DNA of 64,000 nucleotides from an uncultured bacterium (GCA_964387845.1 CAYLXA010000004.1:32001-96000), one strand, 5' to 3'; positions 12,001 to 18,343 are shown, counted from the stretch's first letter. Notes: generated by a model from the sequence alone, not told the origin. Numbers and translations: made by a program.

Positions 12001-13290
12001 GATTTTACCGCCGTTGTCAGGGAATCTGACGGAACTTATATTCACATTCACGTCGCTCCGTGGGAATCGGTCAAAGTAGACGAACACTTCTTTGGCCGTT
12101 CTGCCGAGGAAGTCGTGCCTTTGCCTTCGGAAGAAAAGAAAGCCGAAACGCCGGATGCGCGGTCCGAGCTGCGGATTGCGGTACCAATCAGGACGGAAGT
12201 TATGCAGACAAATCTCGTATTGAATCGTGTAATAGATGAGCGATTCGCGACAGTGCTGGAACAAGTCGATACCGATAACGGCCGCAAGATTATTCTGAGC
12301 AGTGCACTTGCCGAGCTTTATCGAATATTCGAAAGTCTCGTGGCTCAGAATCCTGATTTCCGCGAAATTTACTACGGGCCGGAGGCGCTCTTAGATCCAA
12401 AACTGGTTTCGGCGATCAAGATTGCAAAACCCGGCGAACTTGCACCCGGACGGCGCGCGTCCTTCAATATCAGAACGCGTGAATTGGTTGTGAGCGAATT
12501 AACCGTGAGCGCGAGTTTGGTAGAAGATGCCGAAAGCGCTAAAGATGCTTTTGGGGAACTGAAAGCTGTGCTGGCGCACGAATGGCTGCATGCGGTTTAT
12601 AACCGCGATGCGGTTTTCCGAGCGCTCCGCATGAAAGATCCCGTCACATCGCTGTGGATTGAAGAATATTTTGCGCACCAGATTATGGAATATGTGGGCG
12701 GTGTTCCGGAAGAAGACCTGCCGGGTGAAATTACGCGCCATGTGAATGCCCGGCTGCGTGAAGCGCTCATTGCGCATCCGGAAGCGGCTTCTGTCCTTGC
12801 GCCGCGCACGCTGGCGGATGTATTGAAAGTGATCGACCAAGCGCAAAACGCCGAACCGCTCTTCGGTATCGTCGCAGTCGGCAAACATGCTTACGGACAT
12901 CTTGACCGCAATAGTCTGTGGACCAAGCCGCAATTAATTGAACGAGCGGCAAATGCAGGCCAGGCGCTTAATTTGGCCCGCAAGATGAAAGAGGGCCGCG
13001 AGCACTTTGAAGTAGTAATCGTTTTTGGCCGTGACGCGGAAAAACTCATTGAGGCATCAAACAGCACCGATCTCGTCCATTATCCGCGCATCTACTATAA
13101 ACAGGAAGAATTCCGCCCTTACCTGGCTCCGCTCGTTAACATGGCGGGTATTTTAGGAGCTGAGCGGTTTGCGCAAACGTTTAATCTTGCGAAGGGCGCC
13201 GTGTTTGAACTTAGCCGCACGTTCCTCAAGCGTATGGAAACCCTCTGGATGGAATTCCGCGCCCAGTTCCACATCTCCGCCGCAGCATAA
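52..13290 (+). CDS. Giant highly charged, probably alpha-helical protein (at least 4412 aa) with two zincin-like HExxH motifs. It is truncated at the 5' end by the window.
   Basis: A single ORF runs to the stop at 13288-13290. The frame has no stop between position 1 and the TTG at 52, so the gene probably starts upstream of the window. Motifs: IVVLHELTHLLDY around aa 3560 and VLAHEWLHAVYN around aa 4180. The sequence is E/K/R/D-rich. Confidence 0.7.
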   Translation: MNFTGETLEAFAKTSQLSYRMQELNPAAEVDRLAKSMNLTRAETLKILGVLDKIMDATLDQVSEMTGIDVAKLNEAVKKLTATAETGAAAPVAFTGGVKVSQIIERTGKTQDEVLGALGIGKLSTFHLNAVYGISASISAFGIQLSHPFFNIADSGMNVAESMGMSATQFTQTALAKPVSAIRFGEVMNLSPAEQDQLMTRIFGTKYAQIVERLESQGVSLNELDLFAAAQALGLKNVETLLARLLSHISAYELILNVDLIKNEQIRNALQAVKPVSVKVLKATFEETAQRTLENAEVVVAGLNEAITELREADRRYSRHAGVAKSRIKAIEAKIAELRNLIQSERVWTDASAAYHYAALNSQIAALNTLLSNTATKLEQVVDQINPHHQYILKDVARTASRKTTILAEQERDEIYQEIVKGKALQISADGVVTYHHNGQTVVLTEANWHELAEKLGFNPNIRYQEVVRTVADARNNSRQYKVNGKKLEFRGDVWISLEANALSEDRRAFKYLGQFVNAINYGKDTMILGLGALQDAIQGHGGVGFLAFRQIVLHEAFALYASFSKDFKNARQIHMKAQELEREDTENALEEKRFRQALLSRDDLMIGIRPSGEVIRSILDWSNQRFEIEDEDLVYAQAVEEAYQQAQGSAEGLISFFRQMHMLDLVWAKQFVEQELETESDLARRDQLNAELEAINQLIAEREAASKVHEQDEKDARKKETEDLAKGKTPEQLRKEHAEERSQMAWNQEGWEQSAVVEVDPSILPAARSELKAEPEKELAAAEEAVSTSDVREEFDKLRRDGAEVKIYGDVAYTDLERDDLAPKHRAKFGDDTYYFSDPFIDAGGRTVVIAYVYHTDSKTGQRKIFVNAYYKSNSQNVWRAASHKGYRGWIGKGYGEAGQMIPIQLQGQLSEIAESLRSRGELQEKENRFYGVLGAGAQLPFDSQMASVFRPRKADVLNVADVVEGFDNQRKRTTYDARFKPGYEPDFDNGITGVFTSENPVYGKVTSYVVRSKNGEVQYLFNVDEEGRVWIGGVQSTNQEINRQGILLDGLQVSMPDILLTPVFEYHEQIPSGYRGNTNPRHSSYADVSELIDGFSVVKEFRAKVLQNETVANQLKAERDAAIDNAAKLDADIDNVIQSGDPIKITQVIKLLAAAAEKYNGLQQLGVPYAEIRDKQNQLRGKYEKVKQIFLSQQAKKETEKEKPIEEAVKKESTEKPHAAEGAVKAWTSSLTATKQLLNRLNIRLVEVTPNPAEPHKTVLRAMAKDANDQSAITIAKEINAALDDFFVINGFDASVRFEIQQVEAIVNMAFGNGMFHLLTAGVGKNEVISLIAGRIAVKISEQISEKTEDGEINPSFNASLKEFLESRNIKIGDRFIVVLHNIPLFAQARDAATIEKEKGIKAYLDYSGVSIGILREDDLYTIRESPEAVDAEKESKKEKDSIVEKIRKSRFILAQDVALDFLNNDYRDRKDEIDDREFLQEIEDEAKANNQVLGSGMIESRLNSKKKSQKMMLDLWNSLFVNNRFVFDEGDTSLQKEGVQKMTGGEKRLNSVQVKMPNVIDTAIGKVLGKLQPTERLKRERELLKLVVRKTDGSAPTIRYKDWAAKKTAAQIRTEVEKELGEKATAQEIDEAIRERFKDGDARGTIIDARLDLPSHEDYTNAAAMAIAAKQKDTDQLQELVMKTLGPAKNQDPQMQMRIIQAGVSQIVKIVSQNGKGPKAVEKILEALLNLQGVMNNDSDRMLGFKIIQEIASAIEEEFQGKQVKLEWFLMTDEQFKQDKSELNYELWQQVHHARASLVGRANALKQFEREHITIYQEIVAKKVPGRDYENELIKMGEETKEKVRQLLVLAHQNGFSEAEIEQLARSSRESQFRKVPRALREKFGKSINEAEALWEFLKNAEWLSEISHFTLEDTIKVMAGSAVAPRLQQSDPYLAAHTQLVFMRDYAEQDLLQKKRTHLLMIDAQDMLERLENAESQINFLQEVKVSQDSIRSSRGDMVRQIQKKSVMHLMSGTGTHYENPLGINYGVRIIPYTKGERDRFFDESGARFINEVETQSSVADAIKSIKTDTKAGAREHLYVLMGMKGVDITFELVTPLIEKLLKGRNPDGTEVPKSARYNELIVKAVDEGWMKLTYNEKTGEVIRTAIPFLSEKGENVKEYLKDYATPGKRTAFFFDMGATRGVDVTMTANAEVVALFNTGSTAFDAIQLLSRDRGVREGPDGKFVYATSKELADDFRAGKISPKELKERLAAGDGFTYDETRMEGEGENKKLAWNFNVFHPTSVIMVDAARAPPFGYTAQEFAATLKRNDVLSSEDQLYKALIDDIDGKLVDLIEDLRFDVAHSSEEKTLLRELKTKFQNDRNLATDPNLGGAQKGVEGLEAARDRVLGFLKELAGSRGQKGYPEFLKLSESVRKIILDEISTLETTPIDLTQAQPIDRDDFDSPIQGTTTASTPSEVIRRINQLVRVEMLPTTAPTPGASGSQAQPTRTLEAVWSEGDRSTVKEGKRAAMDKENYEEGRFRPLESEAKEMIDQKGEEYGFLKEGKATDQQVKLIDAAMSWINGVRRKGDESAKLARWNLVTLGKYFRGIHIPDSDSDEEWMKAFFSLIDAGLIPMNMLNQLTFEFVNKIAVLLGSYDRDPQLTQPDKILAAIRFRDPIIGLVEYLMRKLDSRSAEHDMLSRQYRERIRQYDASESDNLRYQQNERRMRQVENELLKMRLDGKDNRRRFFSIPNAQRLLLKLEKNFTNSYIKIRNRVLVPADITSKSLADETQFIMSRNSDISEHDARRLALQNLDSGINPYEDKDAFEILDLAIRHLDKTVRMKDLKRFLKAFTPLIVTKNGYNQGKPLSDDDLREIAQLALRMALFGKDDKAYRPFEVSEHSVEAGRRLRDFGKLLRFFEGKFYNQYFVSNESLGSEENTLSDSGSVFHNLIRILMMRGLSHRQIERIMSKLREEKEFSDVEKPYLDLQKRILEKRKRGENVSETDQQELKTAFGKYEGILYSETVTKIIEDELRTQSSDLADEVMPIYRKQVNRISAFRMKDESQAHFDHMAAEIDKLESKLASEINEERKKQIKANITSLRMALKGVEEIATRIQEEGPGADTPAFVRSGMMHFVRRYFKMLLKLSLLGKFGSTEKEMNEAITLFFLPLMLHEVTEHQIDHTKIDYSKDLKKYVKTEGANDLGKMFRDILAEGTAASLVALLPEETRLKLAKVYEAAGEELHQAGIYARKMAVYNKMAANPELGLDLFSADPARQVKAAEPIVDYFKTTFINYYFEAIAAIRAGNPYLAKEILEQVYFKNRNEKGDLKPEADVSDFAFEEAMRYVREAIRLHGDLKLSREDREKQSKDVADAMDQHINTTISRLFQAYAGRQDWGQVVENTLSAAGAPGQDQSQQRIQGEAEIVTKGQRELFEKLTGQSIDEQNGQPQALTDEGLEELANGFRNFKNNGGNPDPQKVRAKDFKAVKAVWVDPGKNNEMLKSLMEKLGMPLTPFVRLVVDQKDWPAFEKKLGHDGSQAFAENRERFPENSVLGRAGILITQAGNSESTMIVVLHELTHLLDYLKTQANHEANAIDGLVMTEALREFKAFVPLVLEHKMTWQGVYQEFAKEDKHGYLNQYYDQAGIKDADERKKLRVRHLAIISALIQIMGLYTKQWDGNPKVIMNLLQSVTTPQELFSQFLALLPELDLEGKSIQPLVKSFFDGLLDERPKAVNQTPENEQIFKSYMDFSGSLLSHQNQDVSEAALTAFLDYPDMPYRKTYIEEHLRAVPNQVNAKAVLDATEKFVSDLEAAATEEERKQVVESEKQAEEPSPILNRHFGKFVVELSGMPTAEDFQRMTAFDYEFAVTAKLDENKEKHFYMTIGTFDEAVETYGKENLAGFYHTHPAGEEGEVSAIPSGIATGDEIYNYDGINQILPGTYAHIGTEKTLTRYFKIDANQAKALDFMIDAGEKVADIVGDLREVRTKAGEFLKAGKLDFTAVVRESDGTYIHIHVAPWESVKVDEHFFGRSAEEVVPLPSEEKKAETPDARSELRIAVPIRTEVMQTNLVLNRVIDERFATVLEQVDTDNGRKIILSSALAELYRIFESLVAQNPDFREIYYGPEALLDPKLVSAIKIAKPGELAPGRRASFNIRTRELVVSELTVSASLVEDAESAKDAFGELKAVLAHEWLHAVYNRDAVFRALRMKDPVTSLWIEEYFAHQIMEYVGGVPEEDLPGEITRHVNARLREALIAHPEAASVLAPRTLADVLKVIDQAQNAEPLFGIVAVGKHAYGHLDRNSLWTKPQLIERAANAGQALNLARKMKEGREHFEVVIVFGRDAEKLIEASNSTDLVHYPRIYYKQEEFRPYLAPLVNMAGILGAERFAQTFNLAKGAVFELSRTFLKRMETLWMEFRAQFHISAAA

Positions 13291-13304
13291 TATTCTGCTG
13301 CCCT

Positions 13305-13441
13305 CTCAGGTATTTTATTTCGCTTCCTTGCGCGCGATGATTTTTAGCCGACATGGCTAGGCAAAAATCATCGTGCTCAGCCTTCGCCGCAAGTTTCAGC
13401 CATTGAAACTTGCGTCTCAAAGGCGCTTCATAAAATACCTG
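13305..13441. repeat. 137 bp element with 14 bp terminal inverted repeats (ctcaggtattttat / ataaaatacctgag), placed immediately after the giant-gene stop. It contains internal hairpins.
   Basis: The inverted repeats at 13305-13318 and 13428-13441 were read directly. Internal hairpins: gcaagtttcag..gaaacttgc and gatgattttt..aaaaatcatc. Confidence 0.5.
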
Positions 13442-13489
13442 AGATGTCAGCGGATCGTTCATGTGCATTGAGCGTGAAGATATGTTGCT

Positions 13490-13610
13490 GAGCGGCGTTG
13501 AGAGAACGAGCGTTAGGGCAACGCGAGTGAACGAGCCGCAGTGAGTAAGGATGATTCTGTTTTGGCCGATCGCCAAGAATCATCCGACGGAGCGTAGCGA
13601 AGCAACTTAT
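13490..13610 (+). ncRNA. Copy A of a three-copy structured intergenic module: gagcggcgt(t/c)gagaga ... gagtgaacgagccgcagtgag ... hairpin ... cgtagcga.
   Basis: Shares conserved blocks with 18078-18230 and 49279-49420. The hairpin at 13550-13584 covaries with the hairpins in the other copies. Confidence 0.4.
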
Positions 13611-13690
13611 CTTCACGCGAGACAGCGTTATGCGAAGCAAATATCTGGGTATGGCGAAGAAAGGGCATTCGATGATAAAATAGCGGCGCT

Positions 13691-14254
13691 ATGGCGAACC
13701 TTCCGATTGTCAAAATTGGACACGCGGTGCTGCGCGAAAAGTGTAAAGACATTCCGGCCGGCGTTTGGGGTCAGTCCCCAAGGGGACTGACCCCGGAACT
13801 TCAGAAATTAATCAAAGACATGGTTGAAACCATGCACAAAAACGAAGGCGTGGGTTTGGCGGCGAATCAAATCGGCAAAAACATTCGGCTGATTGTCCTC
13901 GAATGCAAATCCAGCAAGCGTTACCCGAGCACCGACGATTTTCCGCTCGAAGTCTTCATTAATCCCAAAATTACGCACTATTCTAAGGAAAAAGTGAAGG
14001 GCTGGGAAGGATGCCTCAGCATTCCGGGCTATCGGGGCGTTACGCCGCGTGCCAAATCGGTCACGTTCGAGGCGTTCACACCGGACGGGAAAAAGATAGA
14101 AAAAACCGTCCATGATTTTCATGCGTGCGTCATTCAGCACGAAATCGACCATATCGACGGCTTCTTTTATATGGACCGGATGGAAGATCTTAACCATTGG
14201 ATGCATCTCGAAACGTTTAATGAAATGATAGAAAAACACATTAAGGAAAAATAA
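13691..14254 (+). CDS. def: Peptide deformylase
   Basis: Motifs GVGLAANQIG, EGCLSIPG and HEIDHIDG. Confidence 0.9.
   Translation: MANLPIVKIGHAVLREKCKDIPAGVWGQSPRGLTPELQKLIKDMVETMHKNEGVGLAANQIGKNIRLIVLECKSSKRYPSTDDFPLEVFINPKITHYSKEKVKGWEGCLSIPGYRGVTPRAKSVTFEAFTPDGKKIEKTVHDFHACVIQHEIDHIDGFFYMDRMEDLNHWMHLETFNEMIEKHIKEK
13767..13794. repeat. Perfect 28 bp palindrome (ggggtcagtcccc aa ggggactgacccc) lying in-frame inside def.
   Basis: Read directly. It encodes WGQSPRGLTP, which corresponds to about 8-10 extra residues relative to the canonical Def N-terminal region. Confidence 0.8.
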
Positions 14255-14348
14255 ATTCAAAATTCAGATATCAAATCTCAAAACAAATTCGAATTTCCAA
14301 TATTTCAATATTTAAATTATTTTGAAATTTGAGATTTGAATTTAATAA
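14255..14348. repeat. AT-rich inverted heptad-repeat element (aaattca-type left arm, ttgaatt-type right arm), copy 1 of 4.
   Basis: Left arm aattcaaaattcagatatcaaatctcaaaa, right arm ttttgaaatttgagatttgaattt. It lies between the def stop and the bcp start. Confidence 0.6.
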
Positions 14349-14360
14349 TTCGGAGATCAC

Positions 14361-14825
14361 GTGAAGCTCAAAGAAGGTTCGAAAGCGCCCGCATTTACGG
14401 CTCAAGCCAGCAACGGCAAAGAAGTATCACTCAAGGATTTTGCAGGCAAGAAGAAAGTGATCCTTTACTTTTATCCCAAAGACGATACGCCGGGCTGTAC
14501 GGTGGAAGCCTGTGAATTCCGCGACTCGGTGAAGAAAATTGAATCCGAAGATGCGATTGTTCTTGGCGTCAGCCCGGATGGTATCAGTTCGCACAACAAA
14601 TTTATCGACAAATTCAAACTTCCGTTTTTGCTCTTAAGCGACGAAGATAAAAAAATCTGCAAAGCATACGGGGTCTGGGTCAAAAAGAGTATGTACGGCC
14701 GTGAATATATGGGCGTGGCGCGCTCGACTTTTATTATTGATGAAGACGGCAAGATCAGTAAGATCTTCGAGAAAGTAAAGCCGAATGGGCATGCTCAAGA
14801 AGTTTTAGAAGTTTTAAAGTCATGA
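14361..14825 (+). CDS. bcp: Peroxiredoxin Bcp (thiol peroxidase)
   Basis: GTG start. [15 protein letters not shown] motif with the peroxidatic Cys. Confidence 0.85.
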   Translation: MKLKEGSKAPAFTAQASNGKEVSLKDFAGKKKVILYFYPKDDTPGCTVEACEFRDSVKKIESEDAIVLGVSPDGISSHNKFIDKFKLPFLLLSDEDKKICKAYGVWVKKSMYGREYMGVARSTFIIDEDGKISKIFEKVKPNGHAQEVLEVLKS

Positions 14826-15238
14826 AAGCGCATACGGAATATTTGACGTTTAATACCAAAAATAAGCGCGAATACATCAATATTACGCGCGAAGTGGAAG
14901 CTGCGGTCCGCAAATCCGGCGTCAAAGAGGGGATGGTGCTCGTCAATCCCATGCACATTACGGCGAGTGTCTATATTAATGATGACGAGCGCGGCCTCAT
15001 TCAGGATTTCGATGATTTCCTCGAGAAAATCGCACCCTACAATTTAAAAGGCTACCGTCATCATCAAACCGGTGAAGACAACGGCGATTCACACTTGAAG
15101 CGCCAGCTTTTCGGCCGGGAAGTCGTGGTGGCCATCACGAACGGCAAACTCGATTTTGGTACCTGGGAACAAATTTTCTACGCTGAATTCGACGGCCGGC
15201 GTTCCAAGCGTGTTCTCATCAAGGTGATCGGCGAATGA
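14822..15238 (+). CDS. yjbQ: YjbQ/UPF0047 family protein (secondary thiamine-phosphate synthase-like)
   Basis: Typical YjbQ length and conserved blocks ([24 protein letters not shown]). Four-base overlap with bcp. Confidence 0.7.
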   Translation: MKAHTEYLTFNTKNKREYINITREVEAAVRKSGVKEGMVLVNPMHITASVYINDDERGLIQDFDDFLEKIAPYNLKGYRHHQTGEDNGDSHLKRQLFGREVVVAITNGKLDFGTWEQIFYAEFDGRRSKRVLIKVIGE

Positions 15239-15271
15239 GCATGGCTCAGTCATTGCGAGATGCAAAAGTTC

Positions 15272-15307
15272 CCCTCTCCCTTTTTAAGGGAGAGGGTAGG
15301 GTGAGGG
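15272..15307. repeat. REP-like GC palindrome (ccctctccc-tttta-agggagaggg-ta-gggtgaggg), upstream flank of the DUF559 gene.
   Basis: Read directly. Same family as the elements at 15643, 16204, 28035 and 29456. Confidence 0.75.
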
Positions 15308-15311
15308 TTTT

Positions 15312-15686
15312 GTGAATCAAATTTTAAAAACGTTATCCAGAAACTTAAGAAAAAATCAGACTGATTCCGAAAGAAAGCTTTGGTATTTCCTAAGAAACCG
15401 GCAATTTTTAGATCTAAAATTCCGCAGGCAATACAAGATCGGAAAATATATTGTTGATTTTTGTTGTGTTGAAAAAATGCTGGTAATTGAATTAGATGGC
15501 GGACAACATAATGAAAATAAACCGGATAAAATTCGAGAACTGTATTTGAAAGCATGCGGTTATCGCATTCTTCGTTTCTGGGATCATGAATTGTTAAATG
15601 AAACCGATGTTGTTTTAGAAAAAATCCACTCGATTTTGGAATCCCTCACCCTTGATCCCTCTCCCAAAGGGAGAGGGAAGAAATAA
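15312..15686 (+). CDS. DUF559 / Vsr-like endonuclease domain protein
   Basis: RKLWYFLRNRQ ... FRRQ ... IVDF ... LVIELDGGQH pattern typical of DUF559. GTG start. Flanked by inverted REP-like palindromes. Confidence 0.75.
   Translation: MNQILKTLSRNLRKNQTDSERKLWYFLRNRQFLDLKFRRQYKIGKYIVDFCCVEKMLVIELDGGQHNENKPDKIRELYLKACGYRILRFWDHELLNETDVVLEKIHSILESLTLDPSPKGRGKK
15643..15677. repeat. REP-like GC palindrome (ccctcaccc-ttgat-ccctctccc-aaa-gggagaggg), downstream flank inside the 3' end of the DUF559 ORF. It is inverted relative to the upstream copy.
   Basis: Read directly. Confidence 0.75.
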
Positions 15687-17800
15687 TGTCTAAAGTTCAA
15701 AATCGTTCGCACTTTGTCATTGCTTCCCTTATTCTGATCTGCCTCGTTTTTGCGATTTACATCCAGGCGGTCCAGTTTCAATTTATCAATTACGACGACG
15801 ACATCTACGTTTCAAAAAACCCGTATGTCGCGGCCGGTTTCACGAAGGAAAGCATCCGCTGGGCATTTGAAGCGGACCTTTTGTTTGAAACGCCGGGCGT
15901 GGATTATTGGCAGCCTTTGAGTGTTCTCTCACGCATGCTGGATGTGGAGCTTTACGGATTAAATCCGGGCGGGCATCATTTCACCAATATTCTTTTCCAT
16001 GCGGCGAATACGGTTTTGCTTTTCTTATTTCTCGCAAGCGCAACTTCCGCCGTAGGCCCGAGTTTTTTTGTGGCCTGTATTTTTGCGGCGCATCCTTTGC
16101 AGGTTGATGCCGTTGCATGGGTGACGGCGCGTAAGGATTTGCTTGCGGCTTTTTTTTGTCTTTTATCGCTTTTGTCTTATCACCGGTACGCAAAACAGGC
16201 AAACCCTCACCCTAACCCTCTCCCACAAGTGGGAGAGGGAATAAAAGAGGTTTTCCCTCGCCCCGTAGGGGAGAGGGGCAGGGTGAGGGGGAGTTTAATT
16301 CTTTCGGCTGTTTGCTTTGCATTGTCTTTAATGGCGAAGCCGGCGTTTGCCGCGCTTCCGGCCGTGTTTTTGATTTTAGACCTGTGGCCTTATAATCGGC
16401 TGCAAGCCACAAGCCGCAGGCCACAAGCTGCAAGCTTCAAGCCTGAAGCCTGGAGCCTGAGGCCTGCAGCCTGGAACCATTTGATTGTCGAGAAATGGCC
16501 GTTTTTTCTGCTCGTCATTTTGTCATTCCTCACGCTTGCCAAAGGCCGTTCGATTGCCGTTGAAAGCGCCTTTTTTTATATTTCCGCGGTCAAAATCCCG
16601 GATTTTTATATGTGGTACTTGGTCAACTTTTTTTATCCCGTCAACCTGCTCATCCGGTATCCGGAAATCACGCACCACCTTTGGATGGCAGCCGATTCGA
16701 TTGTGATTTTCGGAGGCATCACGTATTTCGCGGCGCGCGCATTCAACAAATTTCCGTATCTGTTAGCAGGATGGCTTTGGTTTTTGGCGCTTCTGATTCC
16801 CTCTGTGGCGCTTGATTTTGAAAATCGCTACATGTATCTGGCGCTTGTCGGCCTGGCGGTTGCGGTGTGCTGGGGCCTCGGCGATCTTTTGGGCCGGTTC
16901 AAAATCCGGAGAGCCGTGTGGGCCGTCGCTCTATCCGCCGTCGTTATGGTTTTGTCGGTTTTATCGTGGATTTCGGCCAGTGTTTATTCCGACAGCATCC
17001 GGCTCTTCGGTGATGTTCTGCGGATTAACCCGAACAATCCGCGCGCAATCAACAATTACGCGACTGCGCTTGCCGAAATGGGCCGCCTGGACGATGCTGT
17101 CAATGAATACACAAAAGCGATTTGGATTTGGCCCGATTTTTCGGAGGCGCACAACAACCTGGGTGTCGCGCTCATGCGGCAGGGAAAAGACAAAGTGGCT
17201 TATACGCATCTCAGGGCGGCTCTCGATATCAAACCCGATTACGACAAATCGCTCAACAACATGGCGATCTTGATGCGCCGCATGGGCGATATCGAAGGCT
17301 CGATTCATTACGCAATGCGCTCAGTCCAGCTTTCACCCGAATTATTGGAAGGCCGCTTTAATTTGGCCGTGGCACTCACGGATGCGGGCGCTTACGACGA
17401 TGCGATCCGTCATCTTGAATTTCTTCTCTCCATTGATCCGCTGGATACCGAGGCGCTTTCGGCGCTGGGATTTACCTACGACAAAAAAGGTGATTACGAA
17501 AAAGCGCTTCACTATCAGCGGGAAGCCATCCGGCTGAGGCCTTATTTTGAGGAGGCCTATAATAATCTCGGCAATGTTTATGCGCACATGGGATTAATTG
17601 AAGACGCGATGCGGGAATACCGGCGCGCGCTCGCGCTTGATCCCGCTTATCCGGAAGCGCACAACAATTTGGCCGTGCTTTTGGCCGGCCTCGGCCGTCA
17701 GGAGGAAGCCATCCTGCATTTCAATGAAGCTCTGCGCGTAAGTCCCGAATACGCCGCCGCCAGGCACAATCTGCGCCTCGCGCTTTCCCGCGATCAGTAA
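15686..17800 (+). CDS. TMTC/PMT_2-like multi-pass membrane protein with a C-terminal TPR repeat domain (DUF1736-type).
   Basis: N-terminal TM helices with an INYDDDIYVSKNP motif. C-terminal TPR units (AHNNLGVAL ... YNNLGNVY ...). Contains in-frame REP-like palindromes (16204-16289) and a heptad array (16400-16473). Confidence 0.75.
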   Translation: MSKVQNRSHFVIASLILICLVFAIYIQAVQFQFINYDDDIYVSKNPYVAAGFTKESIRWAFEADLLFETPGVDYWQPLSVLSRMLDVELYGLNPGGHHFTNILFHAANTVLLFLFLASATSAVGPSFFVACIFAAHPLQVDAVAWVTARKDLLAAFFCLLSLLSYHRYAKQANPHPNPLPQVGEGIKEVFPRPVGERGRVRGSLILSAVCFALSLMAKPAFAALPAVFLILDLWPYNRLQATSRRPQAASFKPEAWSLRPAAWNHLIVEKWPFFLLVILSFLTLAKGRSIAVESAFFYISAVKIPDFYMWYLVNFFYPVNLLIRYPEITHHLWMAADSIVIFGGITYFAARAFNKFPYLLAGWLWFLALLIPSVALDFENRYMYLALVGLAVAVCWGLGDLLGRFKIRRAVWAVALSAVVMVLSVLSWISASVYSDSIRLFGDVLRINPNNPRAINNYATALAEMGRLDDAVNEYTKAIWIWPDFSEAHNNLGVALMRQGKDKVAYTHLRAALDIKPDYDKSLNNMAILMRRMGDIEGSIHYAMRSVQLSPELLEGRFNLAVALTDAGAYDDAIRHLEFLLSIDPLDTEALSALGFTYDKKGDYEKALHYQREAIRLRPYFEEAYNNLGNVYAHMGLIEDAMREYRRALALDPAYPEAHNNLAVLLAGLGRQEEAILHFNEALRVSPEYAAARHNLRLALSRDQ
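16204..16289. repeat. Two nested REP-like GC palindromes, in-frame inside the TMTC-like gene. They encode NPHPNPLPQVGEGIKEVFPRPVGERGRVRG.
   Basis: ccctcaccc taa ccctctccc acaagt gggagaggg ... ccctcgcccc gta ggggagagggg ca gggtgaggg. Confidence 0.75.
16400..16473. repeat. Degenerate heptanucleotide tandem array (NcAAGCC, about 10 units), in-frame inside the TMTC-like gene.
   Basis: Units: gcaagcc acaagcc gcaggcc acaagct gcaagct tcaagcc tgaagcc tggagcc tgaggcc tgcagcc. Confidence 0.7.
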
Positions 17801-17850
17801 TGCGCGGTCATTGCGAGCCGTGTTGTTCGGTGGAGCGGTAATCTCTATTT

Positions 17851-18046
17851 AAAGCTTTGAAGAAGCCCGCCGCTCAGTGGATTCACCGTGAGAAATCTAT
17901 TCGCTCCGGCATTGGAACGCCTTCCGCCGTTCCCCCGCAGCTTTGTTTCGCAAAACGAAGCAGCGGAGGCCGTCGGCTTTCCAATGCCTCCGCACATGAT
18001 TTCTCATACGCAAATCCAATTCGCGTCGGCGCTTCTTCAAAGCTTT
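17851..18046. mobile_element. MITE-like element, copy 1 (about 196 bp), with 16 bp terminal inverted repeats aaagctttgaagaagc / gcttcttcaaagcttt.
   Basis: About 85% identical to 49086-49253. Perfect terminal inverted repeats. No credible coding capacity. Confidence 0.7.
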
Positions 18047-18077
18047 GTTGCATATTGAGCACCATTGATATTTGCGA

Positions 18078-18230
18078 AAGCGGCGTCGAGAGACAACCTG
18101 CTTCTCGGAGCGCCATCATGAGGCCATGATTCCGATCGAATCATGGCCGAATGGGCTGAGCACGATGATTTTTGCTTAGGCAGACCGCCTAAAAATCATC
18201 GCGCGGAGGAAAGCGGAGAGAAGCAGGTTG
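18078..18230 (+). ncRNA. Copy B of the three-copy structured intergenic module. It has two hairpins (18122-18148 and 18164-18200).
   Basis: Contains gcggcgtcgagaga. The gagcacg + gatgatttttgcttaggc...gcctaaaaatcatc hairpin covaries with copies A and C. Confidence 0.4.
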
Positions 18231-18343
18231 GCTTAAGACCGAAGATTGTTTTGGCGCTAATTTAAGTGCTTCGCAATGACGGTTGAGCTTTAAAAGCCTG
18301 CCTTCCTAAAGACTTTTAACCGACTTATTTTCAGATTTATCGC

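Noticed and set aside
466-12952. About 25 minus-strand ORFs of 60-220 aa from the six-frame track overlapping the giant plus-strand gene (e.g. 4537-5199, 9703-10071, 12499-12933).
   Set aside because: They are embedded antisense in one long intact ORF, and their proteins look low-complexity and have no recognisable motifs. They are typical shadow ORFs.
16212-16433. A minus-strand 73-aa ORF rich in Pro/Gly/Glu.
   Set aside because: It is the antisense reading of the REP-like palindromes and heptad repeats inside the TMTC-like gene.
17857-18129. The ORF-track 90-aa protein and its homolog at 49091-49357 (MKKPAAQWIHREKSI...).
   Set aside because: Their similarity is fully explained by the repeated MITE DNA, which has terminal inverted repeats. 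They have no ribosome-binding site and show no codon-level conservation pattern, so I treat them as non-coding.
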